From: Saccostrea echinata | Lineage: Eukaryota | Assembly (NCBI RefSeq): GCF_033153115.1 | Contig: NW_026889762.1 | Coordinates: 5,852,496 to 5,916,495 of the forward strand | Direction of reading: 5' to 3' | Length of the DNA stretch: 64,000 nt | Shown: in pieces, positions 1 through 12,289 of the stretch | Layout: each line of letters begins with the position of its first letter | Position numbering within the stretch: position 1 is the stretch's first letter | Notes under the pieces: model-generated | Databases searched by the model: none | What the model was told of the DNA's origin: nothing | The model's input: only the letters and a program-made list of their open reading frames with translations | Translations under genes and position numbers: made by a program

Positions 1-1020
1 CGCACGTTCATAAAATTTTGCGTAGCGCTCGGGAAATCACCAACAGAGACACAAAAGATGCTTGATCAGGCGGACATTAAACCATCGGTATGCCGAACAC
101 TTGTCTTCAAGTGGCACAAAAGATTTTCAGACGGTAGGACATCCGTGGAAAATCTTCTCCCCCACAAAAAGCGAAAGTCCGCCAATCGTCCAGGAAAAAC
201 ATGTTTATTTTCTTTATGGACATCCAAGGCATGCTATTGATCCACGCTGTTCCTGCACATCAAACTGTTAACGCAGATTATTATTCGAAGGTCAGTTTTT
301 TAACACAGATAAAACACTTAATATACATTATGTAGATGTATAAGATAAAACTTGGGTTGAAAAGGTGTATTTTGAAATTGCAATTTTAAAGAACAGGAAT
401 TTATTTATTTAGCTATTTATTTATTTAATTTTATAAAAAAAATTTCATGTTGGAGGTAAATTTCCTTTTTTAAAAAAATCTTAATGAACCCGATATTTAA
501 TTTTCCAGGTTATCAGACGAGATCTCCTTCATGCCGTAAGGAAAAAACGACCAAGTACATGTACAAACTTGGCAGAGATGATCTTACACCAGGATAATGC
601 ACCTGCACATCGAGCTGAAACAACAATTCTAGAGCTTGATCTTCTTGGACTCGAGAGAGTGGAACATGCACCTTACAGTCCTGATTTGGCACCAATGGAC
701 TTTAAAGTCTTCCCGACGGTGAAATCCCAGCTTCGCGGCAGGAAGTTTGACAATATTGACGAACTGAAGTATGCGACTCGATCTATAGTTTCTAAGTTGG
801 ACAAGAAATGGTATAGAGATGTCTACGATGAATGGATAAGGAGACACAAACTGTGCATCAAACACAAAGGGGAGTACTTTGAAAAGATGTGAGCGCACCT
901 TTTTATGACGCCAATGACGTCGCAGATATCACGCGCCGACTGCGCCGTGACTTCAGGATATATGCTAATTCAGCACCCTCTACTGATGTCAATTTGCGAT
1001 GTTTTGAAATGAAATTTTAA
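1..1020 (+). mobile_element. Mariner-like (Tc1/mariner) DNA transposon copy, internally deleted. The 5' end may be cut by the window edge.
   Basis: The two ORF pieces match the mariner transposase N-terminus (FKWHKRFSDGRTSVE..RKSANRPGK, compare WFQRFKSGDFDVDDKEHGKPP) and C-terminus (ILHQDNAPAHRA..HAPYSPDLAPMDF..GEYFEKM, the third-Asp region of the DD34D catalytic motif). The central ~180 aa are missing (AT-rich filler at 271-512). There are weakly inverted terminal sequences at about 1-30 and about 990-1020. Confidence 0.8.
58..892 (+). pseudogene. Mariner transposase remnant, in two fragments (58-270 N-terminal and 513-892 C-terminal DDE region) with frameshifts and an internal deletion.
   Basis: Six-frame ORFs 58..240, 62..271 and 569..892. 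Conserved HQDNAPAH and PYSPDLAP motifs. No single intact ORF. Confidence 0.8.
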
Positions 1021-1564
1021 AAATTATATAAGTAAAGATTTCTTTATAATATGTGTGGTTTTTCATTTGTTTTTGTCGTCAAATATTTTTTCTATGCAAC
1101 AAGTCCGCGTAATTTTTGAACGACCCTCGTATTTAATGAATTACCTTTAAGTAACCAAAATTATTCATTTTTTGGCACAATTTGGAAATGATATTTTCGT
1201 CATTTTATCTAAAAGCTGTAATGTCATACGCATTTACAAACAATATTTAAAGAATGTTAAATATCGGTGGTCGATGATAAAAGACCTGTAACAATTCAGA
1301 CTAAGATTGTTAAAAAAATGTTTACAACTCATTTCGGACATTTTGAAAGAAAAAAATAGATAATCAGATTGATAATTGATTATTTAATATTTATTTTAAG
1401 GTGATTTAAATTGTAAACAATTATAAGTAAAACCAAGATTAAGTCTGAAACATCCCAAGTTAGTTGAATTGTCTTACTGTTTCATTGAGGAGTAGATTCA
1501 CAGATACATTAGCAGATGATTTTTGCTTTCACATAATTATGAATAAATAAAATTTAAATTTCAG

Positions 1565-1649
1565 GGGAGAGAGCCACCTCCACCACCTCGTGGTCTACCA
1601 CCTCGGACTGGGAGGGCTCTACCATCACCAACAGTTAGAGGACGCAGAG
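1565..1649 (+). CDS. Candidate internal exon (polyproline: GREPPPPPRGLPPRTGRALPSPTVRGRR). It lies in a duplicated copy of the 5' part of the VCA exon at 19144. Usage uncertain.
   Basis: Acceptor tttcag at 1559-1564 and donor GTGAGG at 1650. The upstream intron sequence (gatttttgctttcacataattatgaataaataaaatttaaatttcag) is paralogous to the sequence preceding exon 19144. Phase 0 start and phase 1 end, compatible with exon 4649. Confidence 0.4.
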
Positions 1650-1656
1650 GTGAGGA

Positions 1657-1800
1657 AGGAAAAGTCTTAAAATGACCAGTTCTCTTCACTTGAGCAGTTG
1701 TCTTAGAATGAGCAGTTCTCTTCACTTGAGCAGTTGTCTTAAAATGAGCAATCACCTGAGTAGTTGTCTTAAAATGAGCATTGGTCTTATCCTGAGCAGT
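1657..1800. repeat. Tandem repeat, about 36-bp unit, 4 copies (cttaaaatga(c/g)cagttctcttcacttgagcagttgt).
   Basis: Direct visual repeat immediately 3' of candidate exon 1565-1649. It creates an artefactual minus-strand ORF at 1561..1755. Confidence 0.8.
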
Positions 1801-3521
1801 AATCTAGGCTGAGAAAATCATGCTACATGCACTCAGGTGCCCATCAAGGCCCGTGAGTAGCTGCAGATCTGTAGCTCACTGGTCTGAAAAAAATTACAAT
1901 GGACGACCAGAGAGCTACAGTGCCATCCATTGAAAAAAGCGAGCTACAGATCTGCAGTTAGGCTCGTTCGCATTTTGTCAAAATTTCTTATTTCTTATAT
2001 CAAAAGTATGAAAGACAAGTGTTGTAAAACTATCAAGTCTTGTATACATATAAACATAGGAACTACTGGTGAATCTGTAGAAAACGTTCCACATTTAATG
2101 CTTTTTAATTTGTTTACAGAATATTGAAATAAAAAAGTTCCTGTTTATAAAATATTCTAATCTTTTGGTCTTAGGGGACGGTGGTGGAACTGTGGAATCC
2201 TTTGAAGCAGAACCGAAGGGATCATATGAAAGTTTGTAATAGTGACTTTTACCGTGGTATACTGTATGTGTACTTAAAAAAGCGGGCTTCATATTTTAGA
2301 GGCTTTGGCGCACACAACGATGCGCTAATTCATGAATACCGCTAAGAAATAATTTATAGATACAATACACGATACGGAGATGTGTAGCGCTAATTCATGA
2401 TTTTGCCAACAACTCCATACCCCTTGATTGCGCTAAATTTTAAATACGCCAATTTATATACACGTAAAGTATTACTTTTTAAGGTAAAAGAAATGTAAAA
2501 CTTTTTATAGCACTTGCATTGCACACAAATTCTTTACTAAAATCTTTTGAAAATATCTTTTTAAACAGGACTACCGTGTTTTGAGTTGTTGACAAAAGAA
2601 GGTACCGATATGTATTATTTTGCTTCGTCTATTACTGTACATGTAACTACCCTGTTTACCTTTAAGGAAGAATTCAAATAGAAGTACACTGACTCTCAAT
2701 TTTCTTGGTAATTTCTTAAAAGATTAGTAACAGATATAAATGTACAGTAAAAATCATTTGTAAGAAATCACATGTAAGAAATAACAGTTTTTAGGAAACT
2801 TTTACAAAGAGACTTTCCGTAATCACACCTTATTAATGTTATTGTAATTTGAAGTTTAATTGTAGAGTAGAACCAGTTTTATTACAACAGAAAATCGATA
2901 TAGTCTGTTTATTTAAAATACCATGGCAGAACGTGATTTCATACCTTTTGTTTAAGAAAAAGGTGGAGGGGGTTTTAGGTGAATTTCGCTATAGTGATAA
3001 TTTACAGTAAGGCATCTTGCCCGATACCGACATTTGCACCCTGTCCACCCCAGATCTTGGTTGGATTGTATTCTAATAACAAAAAATTCTACAATAACAA
3101 AATACTTCAATAACAAACCTTTACCTTATATGGCTATTGTTATTGCCTTAAATCTTTTTTAATTTATACATTTCCACTGTCATTGTGAAACGATGAAAAC
3201 TGAAACGTAACGTAACTTTTCTGTTTACCCTATCTCCACATTCAAGTCACTGCCTATCCACATTACAGTGAATAATTTACCTGATCCACTAACAGTCTCG
3301 CTGTAGTTTCACTTAATCTCTACAGAGCTACCTCGAACTCCTCGGGTATTTTGATACCATAAGATAAAAGGTTCCGAACACGTTTGTATGGGTGAAAATA
3401 GTCACACAAGTACGAGGCAGAATGCAAAGTCCCAATAACTTTTCTCTTAACTTTGTTTTGGTATGAAATCCTTATCATGTTGGTAAAATATAAATGAAGA
3501 TTGACTTAAATTCACCATGGT

Positions 3522-3820
3522 TGGTTTGTTTGTGTGTTGTATAACGTCCCTCTCGAGAATTTTTCATTCATATGGAGACGCCACCACTTGCTGGTGGAGA
3601 GCTGCAAATTTTGACCTATATTTGGCACTCAGGGACATTAAGCACAGAGGGATCTTTTTCGTGCCAGCACCTACTGCGACACAGGACCTCAGTTTATATG
3701 GTCTTATTGGAAGGACCGGTCTCCACGTCCCGCAGTGGTTTCGAACCCGCGACGTAAGGATCAACTCCTTACTCCGCGACTCTACAGTAGACGCTCTAAC
3801 CACTGCGCCACACGGGCGAC
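3522..3820 (-). mobile_element. tRNA-derived SINE (minus orientation) with an 11-bp target-site duplication ttcaccatggt.
   Basis: The reverse complement begins with a tRNA-like head (A box tggcgcagtggttagagcg, B box ggttcgaaacc). The conserved central block is ...gatccctc...tctccatatgaatgaaaaattctcgagagggacgtt, and the tail is (CAAA)n-like. Direct repeats ttcaccatggt at 3511-3521 and 3821-3831. ORFs 3517..3843 and 3564..3803 are artefacts of this element. Confidence 0.85.
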
Positions 3821-4648
3821 TTCACCATGGTAAAACTGTATGAAATACAAGAAAATACCTAGTACTGATAATTATGCTTCGTCACTTAGAAGTTCAAGAT
3901 AAAGAAAGGCTGTATATAATGATTCAGGGATGCAACAAAAAGTATTTAGCTGTCCCAAATTTTGTTCCCTATCCACAGATTTAAAATACGTATTAAGTAG
4001 AAGATTGCACATACATCTCAAAGTCATCACTTCGACGTACTTAAGGTTTTGTTCTTTTAAAATGAACAGTTAATCTGTAATCTTACTCAGACTTCATGAT
4101 AAAATTTTCAACTCTTACTACCTTTTTTACTAATTTTTTTTTTTTGAAATCATAAACAGTGTATTAAGTCTTATTTAACGTTTTTATCTTCCTCTGTAGA
4201 AGAAATCGACCAATATCAATTAAAATTGTCATATTATAGCATCGCTTTATATAGTTGATTCAGTTTGAACAAATGAAGAACCAGACCCTCTTTTGAAGCA
4301 GCAAGGGTCTTATTATATTAATTTGTTTTTTCTTTTGTTTTAAATTTAGACTGTGTAACAATGAGTGGAAAAGGAGGTGGTGGGGGAAATCTAGTCCTAG
4401 GCTCAGTTCTTTTTTTTTTTTTTTTTTTTTTTCATTTTAAGAAATGCACAATTTTATTGATCACAAATTTTCATTAAAAAAAGTTTTTATGGCATCAACA
4501 AGCATTTCATAAAAGAAAAATTTAAAAAGAACCTGCAGTACTCTTTTGTGTGGTAACTAAGGATAACTAGATCTCATAAGTTCGTTTATTAAAAAAAATT
4601 TCTCAGTTCGGAACAAATATACACATTATTCTGATTATTTTGATCTAG

Positions 4649-4702
4649 AATCTGAAGAAGAGGAAGAACTTGAAGACCAGTGGATGGGTCTTTTTGATGA
4701 CG
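4649..4702 (+). CDS. Exon encoding acidic-Trp motif (E)SEEEEELEDQWMGLFDD, probably from the same gene as the VCA exons.
   Basis: Acceptor ctag at 4645-4648 and donor GTGGGT at 4703. Phase 1 in and phase 1 out, which chains with 1565-1649 and with 4811-4845. Confidence 0.45.
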
Positions 4703-4810
4703 GTGGGTCAAGTACTTATCTATTGCATACTCTGGTCAGCTTTGAATTTTTATAATAATTATTATAATTGAATTTTAATTTACATGTAGTTAATTATTTT
4801 TCCCTTTCAG

Positions 4811-4845
4811 TTGAATTGCCAAAGGAAAAGGCACCACCTAGAGAA
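4811..4845 (+). CDS. Small exon VELPKEKAPPRE. The donor could alternatively be at 4849/4850.
   Basis: Polypyrimidine tract plus cag at 4808-4810 and perfect donor GTAAGT at 4846. In frame with exon 4649-4702. The phase relation to the next acidic exon (8392) is unresolved; the weaker donor at 4850 fixes it. Confidence 0.4.
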
Positions 4846-6316
4846 GTAAGTATTGGATTTTATTATGTTTTTTTATGAAACAAAATGTACTGTAAAAACA
4901 ATACATTTGCCTGTGTATTCTATTTAGTATCTTTGGTGGAATGCATCTGCCACTCAATCAACTACAATGCTCTATTTTGCATATATAATATTATACATGT
5001 ACATGCTCAAATCAGATACATTTTGCAGTAGTTATTTCACCCTTCGTTATATTTTTAAAGTTTCTTTTATCAGTTTATCAGTGTCTTATTTATTTCAGTC
5101 TTTAGTCCCGTAGGATTTATTATTTTGCCTGCTGCAGAAGATTCAAAGCCTTATATTTATCTGTCTCATTAAGATAATTTAACATATTCTCTGTCTGAAA
5201 GAGATTTTTTGGTTTTGTTGGTGACTGACATGTTATAAAATTCATCCTTTATTCTGGTTTAAGGTAGGCTGATTCTCAGTAATGTGTATTTACCCACGGT
5301 ATTTCTTCAAAGTTGATCATTAGAATTAGTCATATCATATAGAGAAAATTATCAAATCTCAAAATATATTTTCAGGAAACGTGAATAAAACCACCTGCTA
5401 TGCATTTTCTAATTGAAAATTGATCAACAAATATATTTTAAGATAAAAAAAACTATAGGTATCCAGGCATTTGGAGAAAATTGCATGTTTTTGTACTTAC
5501 ATGATTGGTATTTTAGTTCTTCTATTTACTTTAGTTATATATGATACAAAGTGTAAAAAAAACAAAAAAAAAAACTTTCGCTTTCATTGCAAGACATCAC
5601 AGATCACTTAATTTCATATCATGCCAAAAAACATTGGCATCTAAGGCTAGATTAAAGAAATTCGATTTCTCTAAATACGTATTTATTTTTGTAGTTTTAT
5701 GGGGTACAAATGTCAATTTTTTACAAGTTTGTTTCTAAGACTTCAAGGAACCTTGAATCATATTGAGATGCATGAAATGAAAATTGTTGCATGAAAAAAA
5801 TTCAATTTCAAGTTTCATTTTGAGACTTTTTAAATTAAATAACAATTTCAGGAGTTATCATTCCTGGCTGAGGGTAGGATATCCTTATATGCACATTTAA
5901 TCAACACATTTTTTTTATATTTGCCTGATAAATATATAATGGATAGCCCGTATTTTTTTGTTTTTTAAGTGCGTAATAAAACCATAATTCTGTTTTAAAT
6001 GATAGCATAGGAAATATCTTTTACATTTATTATATTTTATTATATAACATTTTAAAATAAAGTACTTGTTTGAATTCTTCTTCATATATTTTGAATTTCC
6101 TACTAAATTTTTTATCAACTTATATATTCTCCCATTAATACCACCATAAATGCACAGCGCTTAGCAAGACGCTTACTTAGTTTCTTGTCAATTTTCTAAG
6201 TTTGGCTTGTGGAGTCAGAGAGAGAAGCATCCCTTGTTCTATTTTGCATGTTCCACCATATTCCCATCCTTGTTAACATTTTTTTCGTCCGATACATCTC
6301 CTGTTTTTACGCTGAG

Positions 6317-6367
<51 letters not shown>

Positions 6368-6386
6368 CTCTCTCTCTCTCTCTCTG
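6317..6386. repeat. (CT)n microsatellite, about 33 units with one interruption.
   Basis: Direct reading. Confidence 0.95.
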
Positions 6387-7177
6387 AAAAACCCATGGAA
6401 TTATTGTCGTGAGATTTTATGACAGTGCGGGAAGATTAAAATTTAAGCATCTATTTTTCCTTTAAAAAAATTAACCTTGGTTAAAACTTTTGTATGAGAA
6501 AAGATGTCGTATTTATAGTTTTGTTACAAGAACTTCCTGATTGTTTTCTGACACTTGACCTCATTATATCAATTAATTAATGACTTTAACCAATAAGACC
6601 CACAAATTAATGAAGGACAATATTTCTGAATATTCTTATTAAAATTTTTTTGTCAGAGAGTATTTCGAGCTTCAGGGGGATAACCCCTTTAGAGTTACAA
6701 AAAAGAAACAAAAAAATTGGCAAATGTATAATTCAGTACACAAAAATGTGCATTTAAATCTGTAACAACTGTAAATGAAAATTTGAATCTGTAATTGTAA
6801 GGAGTATAACAATTGCAATATAACGTCCTTGACTCTTGTTCAAATCATAGACGATGGGGAAAGGGTGGGGCTACAATAAGGGAGCAAATTTTTATATAGG
6901 CACACATGTACTGTAAAAGCATTTACTTACGTGGGGACAAACTTTGGAGGTTGTTGAAAAAGTTCTAATTAAAATGGATTTAATTTAATAGTTGGTAGAT
7001 AAACATGATGCTGTACTTGAAATTTAAACATTTCATGGAGGACATGAATTTGTCCATCTCTTCATTCATTAAAAACTAATGATTTTACATTATGTAGGAC
7101 AAATCTATGAATCTTCTTTTCAAGATTAGCTTTTCAAAATAAGTCTTATTAATGTACAAACATCCTCAAATATTGTT

Positions 7178-7226
7178 GGCGTCTCCATATGAGTGAAAAA
7201 TTCTCGAGAGGGACGTTAAACAACAT
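7178..7226 (+). mobile_element. 5'-truncated fragment (about 50 bp of 3' tail) of the same tRNA-SINE family.
   Basis: ggcgtctccatatgagtgaaaaattctcgagagggacgttaaacaaca matches the conserved 3' block of the SINE copies at 3522, 20093, 22051 and 23445. Confidence 0.6.
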
Positions 7227-8391
7227 ACAATTGATCAATCAAATATTGTTCTTTCATTTTTTTTTTCAAACTACAAGCTCTTTGAAAAGGTTTGGGCCAC
7301 TTAATATGTAAAGAAATCAACGTTTAACATGGGAACATATAGGGAAAATCTTCTTAAACCTTCTAAACCATATGATTAGTCATATCGATATGCAAGTATC
7401 CACTTGTGGTGAAAATTCAAATTTGCAATCAAGTCCCCTGGGGAGACAGTTAGGCCACTATAGGGGATCAGTTTTACATTGCAGTATAGTGAGAAGAAAA
7501 CATTTCAAACTTTGCTCAACAAGAGCTAGTCTATTGGTTACGTAACTATATCTTTATACAATCGACCAGAGGTAAATTCAGCTCTGTTAAACATGGTCCC
7601 TGGGAACAGGGTAGGTTGGGACGACAATTTGGGATCAGTTTTACTTGGGAATATATAGAGAATTCAAACAATATTTTGATTGGACCTAATTGACACAGGC
7701 CAGCATTGTGGCCCTTGGTTATTTTTAAAATGGTTTGATACATATGATAGATATATGTTGTTGATTTTGGAATAATTTACACAAAAGCAATATTCATTGT
7801 AAGTTTTCAAGCTAAAAAATACCAATCCAATGCTTTTAATTTAAGATCAAAGAATCTAAGTTATATGACCTGCAACGTCAGCAGCTTGGAGAACTTACTG
7901 TGCTAAATGGAACTCGAAAGTCAAAGGTTAACAACGTAGTGTAAGTAGGAAATGAGAAGAATAAAGATATAGAGGGAATTATTAGGGATGATATAAATGT
8001 TAAGCCAAGGATTGTAACATTTATGATACATTCATTGCAATGAATACTCATGAAAACTCTATTTCCGATAGAAAAAGATTCGTGATTCTTGTGAGAGCTA
8101 GGGTTTGTTCTTACTACATGTACAACAAATGGTGGTGGTGGGAGGAGGCAGTTGGCCTTTCAATGAAAAATCTTAAACTGAGTATACAGTAAAGCAATAA
8201 TCATTTTACCAATCACTTCATGAAAATTGTGAAACATTTTGTGCAAACCATTAACTGAATATGCACTGTGCTTATGCAGTGTGCGTTTGGGGTAGTAGCA
8301 TGTTTAAAGCCACTGAAATGTAAAATTGAAAGTACCTCCAAGCAGGATATATTTACTTGAAATAAAAAGAAATTTTGATATTTTAGAGTAG

Positions 8392-8432
8392 GTTCCTTAT
8401 TTGATGAGGAGGAGCCTGAATTGGAAGATGAG
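8392..8432 (+). CDS. Exon encoding (G/S)SLFDEEEPELEDE, an acidic LFDEEE-type motif.
   Basis: Acceptor agtag at 8387-8391 and donor GTAATA at 8433. Ends in phase 0, compatible with exon 9686. Either a phase 1 carry-over from 4649-4702 or the alternative donor of 4811 gives an open acidic frame. Confidence 0.45.
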
Positions 8433-9105
8433 GTAATATAAAATATTTTTAAATTGCTTTACATGTAATCAGTCTTGAGTGTTTTGTGCATAATTAATTG
8501 ACCAAGTGTATTGATTAGAATGATGAGAATATTCAGCCAGAGTGTGCTGATAAAGTGAAGAAGAGAGGGGATCTCAGTTGAAATGTCTGTTATTCGTGGA
8601 GGGGGTCTCAATGGGGCTTGTATGGGCCCTTGTTATTAGTTTCTTGGTGAGGGACATCATCAAACAATGAATGCAGATAATTCCCAAATATACTTTAATT
8701 AAAACTGGTAATCCTACTTTAACAGAAAGGTCGGTTGTTTTGGACAATCATGCTTCTAATAAATGGCACTTGATCCCACCTCTGATGTTTCAGAGGTCCG
8801 TGTTTGCTCTGCTCCTGATTTGTATTGTTTAATGGACTTTTGAGCTTGAATACCGTTCGTTATCTCCATATATTATATTTGAAGAAGAATTTGAAAAGTT
8901 GTGACCACTCTTCATGATATCAATGATAACAGAATTTGGTATTTAAAATATAAATGGTAGTGATAAATGAAATCACACCCCATATGTTGAAAGTGTATGT
9001 GCTTTCAAACTACCTTAAGGAACAGACATTCTGTATTTTCTCATAACAGCACAAAAACTCTGTAAAATACTGCAAAATTGCAATTCCTTTTAGCATGATT
9101 ACATG

Positions 9106-9108
<3 letters not shown>

Positions 9109-9136
<28 letters not shown>
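9109..9136. repeat. (TC)14 microsatellite.
   Basis: Direct reading. Confidence 0.95.
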
Positions 9137-9139
<3 letters not shown>

Positions 9140-9685
9140 CAACCTTCAGCAAGTTGAACAGATTCATTTTTCTTTCCAATCGAAGAGACATCGGGTAACA
9201 TGGGGACAAATTATGGGATTAAATTTTATATTTGTATATAAAATTGATGAAATAAAATATTTTTCAAGAGTAGCTGGGTCACAAATCAAACATTATCAAG
9301 TTGTGTGCGTACATTTTTTGAAAATAAAATTATGAAGCCTAGAGTTACATGTATAGGGTGGGACATAAATCGGGAATTAAGTTTACCATGCATGTATACG
9401 GCAAATTTTTTTTCCAGAACAGCATGTCGGTCATGTTGATATTGAAGCATTCGCATGTGTGGATTGAAGTTCCATGATAGCTCCTTGGGACTAGTGTAGG
9501 CCACAAAATTGTGTTAAATCTTTTCATAGAGATAAAGGGAGGGGTGTTTCTTTTTTAATTTACAAAACCTTTTTGTTGAACAGCAGGACCAAAGTGGTTC
9601 AGATGACCATTTTGATGCACGGACCTCTTGACATTAGGACTGTCTCATTTTCTGACTTTTATTTATTTATTTATTTATTTTGCAG

Positions 9686-9781
9686 TACATGTCTTTCATG
9701 GCTGAGATAGAAAATGACCAACCTTCACTGAAGACTGAGGTACAGTCTATCCTTCAGCATTATAAAGAATCCGTTCTTAAA
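9686..9781 (+). CDS. Exon YMSFMAEIENDQPSLKTEVQSILQHYKESVLK. An internal alternative donor GTACAG lies at 9737.
   Basis: Strong acceptor (tttatttatttattttgcag at 9666-9685) and donor GTAAAT at 9782. Phase 0 in and out, open frame. Confidence 0.45.
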
Positions 9782-10260
9782 GTAAATATTTAAAAAAAAC
9801 TCCTGCATGCTCCAAGGTTCAAACGAGCTTTCTTTCTTGATTGATTGATTATTGTTGTTTTACGCCGAGTCGGCAATATATCAGCCATATTTCGGCGGTT
9901 TCTTGATTGAATAGTGCCCAAAAAATACTGTAAACAAGGATATTTTTACGGGGTAAAATTTTGCGATTTTAAAAACATGCAACAAGTCTTTTGTATGGCG
10001 GTTATTTTTGCGGGAGTTAAAGAATTTACAATATGTGTTAGTTTGTTGTTTAGTATTTTACCCTTTTTGGAAAATGTTCGTGTGTTGATAAATTTTGTGA
10101 AACATCGCAAAATTCGCAAACAATTCCACTACGCAAACATTTCCACATTTAGAGAATGTCATCGGGATCAATGGCATTTGCTGCCTCGCTGAATTGAATA
10201 TCTCTCATTATTTAACTTGTTTATTTCATTATTTCTAAATTGCAATCACGAAAATATAAA

Positions 10261-10265
<5 letters not shown>

Positions 10266-10348
<83 letters not shown>
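10266..10348. repeat. (AT)n microsatellite, about 41 units.
   Basis: Direct reading. Confidence 0.95.
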
Positions 10349-10350
<2 letters not shown>

Positions 10351-10837
10351 CTTAGTCATGATGGTATTTTAACATTGTTGTTCTTTTTTTTAAATGTGAA
10401 TATTGAGCTGTGTGCAATATGGGTTGGAATCATTCTTTTTTTCAATTCGCAAATTAAGTGCTGCTTAATGGGAGTATCAGCAGTTTATAATTAAAAAAAA
10501 ATAAAAGTGTGAGGGATTATGTTTCATATATTGTTAAATATAAATGAATTAAATAAACCATATTCATTTCAAAACCATGCATAGGCAGTGCTTGGGCCTG
10601 CATTCCGAAACGGTCCAACATAGGCCCACACCACCTGTGAGAAGAAAATGGCCCTTTTGACAGGGATGGGGTCAATTACTTTAAAAAAGTAATAAATTAA
10701 ATTATAATTAGTTTGACTTTTTCTTCAATTAAATTACAGACTTTATAAGACATGTAATTTTAAAATTAAATTACAATTACTTTGCAAAAGTAATTAAATA
10801 AATTACATATTAAATTTTTATTTTTATATATTTTCAA

Positions 10838-11113
10838 ATTTTTATAATCTTGAATGAATATACATGTACAAAACATCAATGTGTAAGCTCATGCAGCCTC
10901 GATCTGCACAAACATATATGACTTTAGGCATCATGTATCTTTATGGTGTTATAACTTTCATTTACAAAACATTAAAAAAATATCCATGATCAGTTTGATG
11001 CAGTTTACCTCACACAAAAGCTACATATGTACACAAATTGCATGCATTATGAAACTTGATTTAAAGTGGATATTTAAAGTAAATGAGTTACAACTGAATC
11101 CCCTCAGATTATA
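10838..11113. repeat. Copy 1 of an approximately 276-bp local duplication (copy 2 at 11923-12198).
   Basis: tttttataatcttgaatgaatatacatgtacaaaacatcaatgtgtaagctcatgcagcctcgatctgcac...ccctcagattata is repeated nearly verbatim. Confidence 0.8.
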
Positions 11114-11741
11114 ATCATGATCCCCGGGGGTAGGGTGGGGCCATAATGGGCGATCAAAGTTTTATATACAGTAGGAATAAATAGGAATAAGTCTTTAAAA
11201 ATCTTCTTCTCAAGAACAGCAAAGCCATGATTAGTCATATTTAAATAGAAGCAGCCTCAGGTAGTGTAGATTCAAGTTTGTTCAAATCATGACCCCTGTG
11301 GGTAGGATGGCCCCACAATGGGGGATCAAAGTTTTACATAGGAATACATAGGAAAAATCAGCAACAGCCATTTTGTGTCATATTAATTCAAAAGCATCCT
11401 CAGGAAGTGTAGATTCAAATAAGTTCAAATCATCACTCACCCACCCGCCAACCACTTTTATAGTTAAACTTTTCAAGACTGAACTGATTTCTGCCTTTTC
11501 CTAGCCAAAGTGCCCAGGTGAGCGATGTGGCCCCTGGGCGTCTTGTTGCCTGACGCCACGTGCGTCAGGCAGTATAAGGATTAATTTTTCCAAGATCCGA
11601 AACTAAGCGATCATTCTTAATGAACTAGATTTTCTGGAAGCTGATTTACACTGGATTTTGTTACCTGCCTTTAAACAAATACAGTTTGCAGAAGAAAGAA
11701 TCATATTACTGATGCAAAATAATAATCTGTTTAATTTCTTC

Positions 11742-11795
<54 letters not shown>

Positions 11796-11905
11796 ATGCA
11801 CATATTTATTATTTGCGATTCTTTGCACGGGCATGTCCGTGTAACATGTTTTCTGCGTTTCTAAACTACTGGATTAGTTCATTTGCCTTCTACGAAAGGG
11901 GTGAC
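11113..11905. repeat. Copy 1 of an approximately 0.8-kb near-identical segmental duplication (copy 2 at 15133-15925). It includes two units of the ~168-bp satellite and a poly-T tract.
   Basis: Long stretches identical by eye, including the 23-bp palindrome gcctgacgccacgtgcgtcaggc and flanking unique sequence. The poly-T length differs (50 T versus 11 T). Confidence 0.85.
11744..11793. repeat. Poly(T) tract, 50 nt.
   Basis: Direct reading. It creates artefactual poly-F and poly-K ORFs (11603..11803 and 11658..11864). Confidence 0.95.
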
Positions 11906-11922
11906 ACAATCTTTTCGCGCCA

Positions 11923-12198
11923 ATTTTTATAATCTTGAATGAATATACATGTACAAAACATCAATGTGTAAGCTCATGCAGCCTCGATCTGCACAAACAT
12001 ATATGACTTTAGGCATCATGTATCTTTATGGTGTTATAACTTTCATTTACAAAACATTTAAAAAATATCCATGATCAGTTTGATGCAGTTTACTTCACAC
12101 AAAAGCTACATATGTACACAAATTGCATGCATTATGAAACTTGATTTAAAGTGGATATTTAGAGTAAATGAGTTACAACTGAATCCCCTCAGATTATA
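11923..12198. repeat. Copy 2 of the approximately 276-bp local duplication.
   Basis: See 10838-11113. Confidence 0.8.
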
Positions 12199-12289
12199 TT
12201 TAATTGCAGATAACCTGAACATCCTAATTTGCGAATTATGTGGAACATTTTTATGCCCCGCCATGAATATGGCTTGGGCATATAGTGTT

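Noticed and set aside
1561-1755. Minus-strand ORF of 64 aa
   Set aside because: It is the antisense of the Pro-rich candidate exon plus a tandem 36-bp repeat. The repetitive peptide KTTAQVKRT comes from the repeat.
2173-2236. Candidate exon after acceptor tcttag (GDGGGTVESFEAEPKGSYE)
   Set aside because: No usable GT donor in frame, and phase entry from exon 1565-1649 gives a different, non-acidic reading. It is probably a decayed echo of the acidic VCA exon in the duplicated segment.
3517-3843. ORFs 3517..3843, 20654..20957 and 23369..23750 (80-108 aa)
   Set aside because: All coincide exactly with SINE bodies. The same peptides recur on different strands, for example GTWRPVL and LLRDSTV.
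8521-8556. Possible small exon NDENIQPECADK between exons 8392 and 9686 (acceptor tgattag, donor GTGAAG, phase 0 in and out)
   Set aside because: It is short, lacks homology and has an AG-rich but weak acceptor context. It is phase-compatible but cannot be supported from sequence alone.
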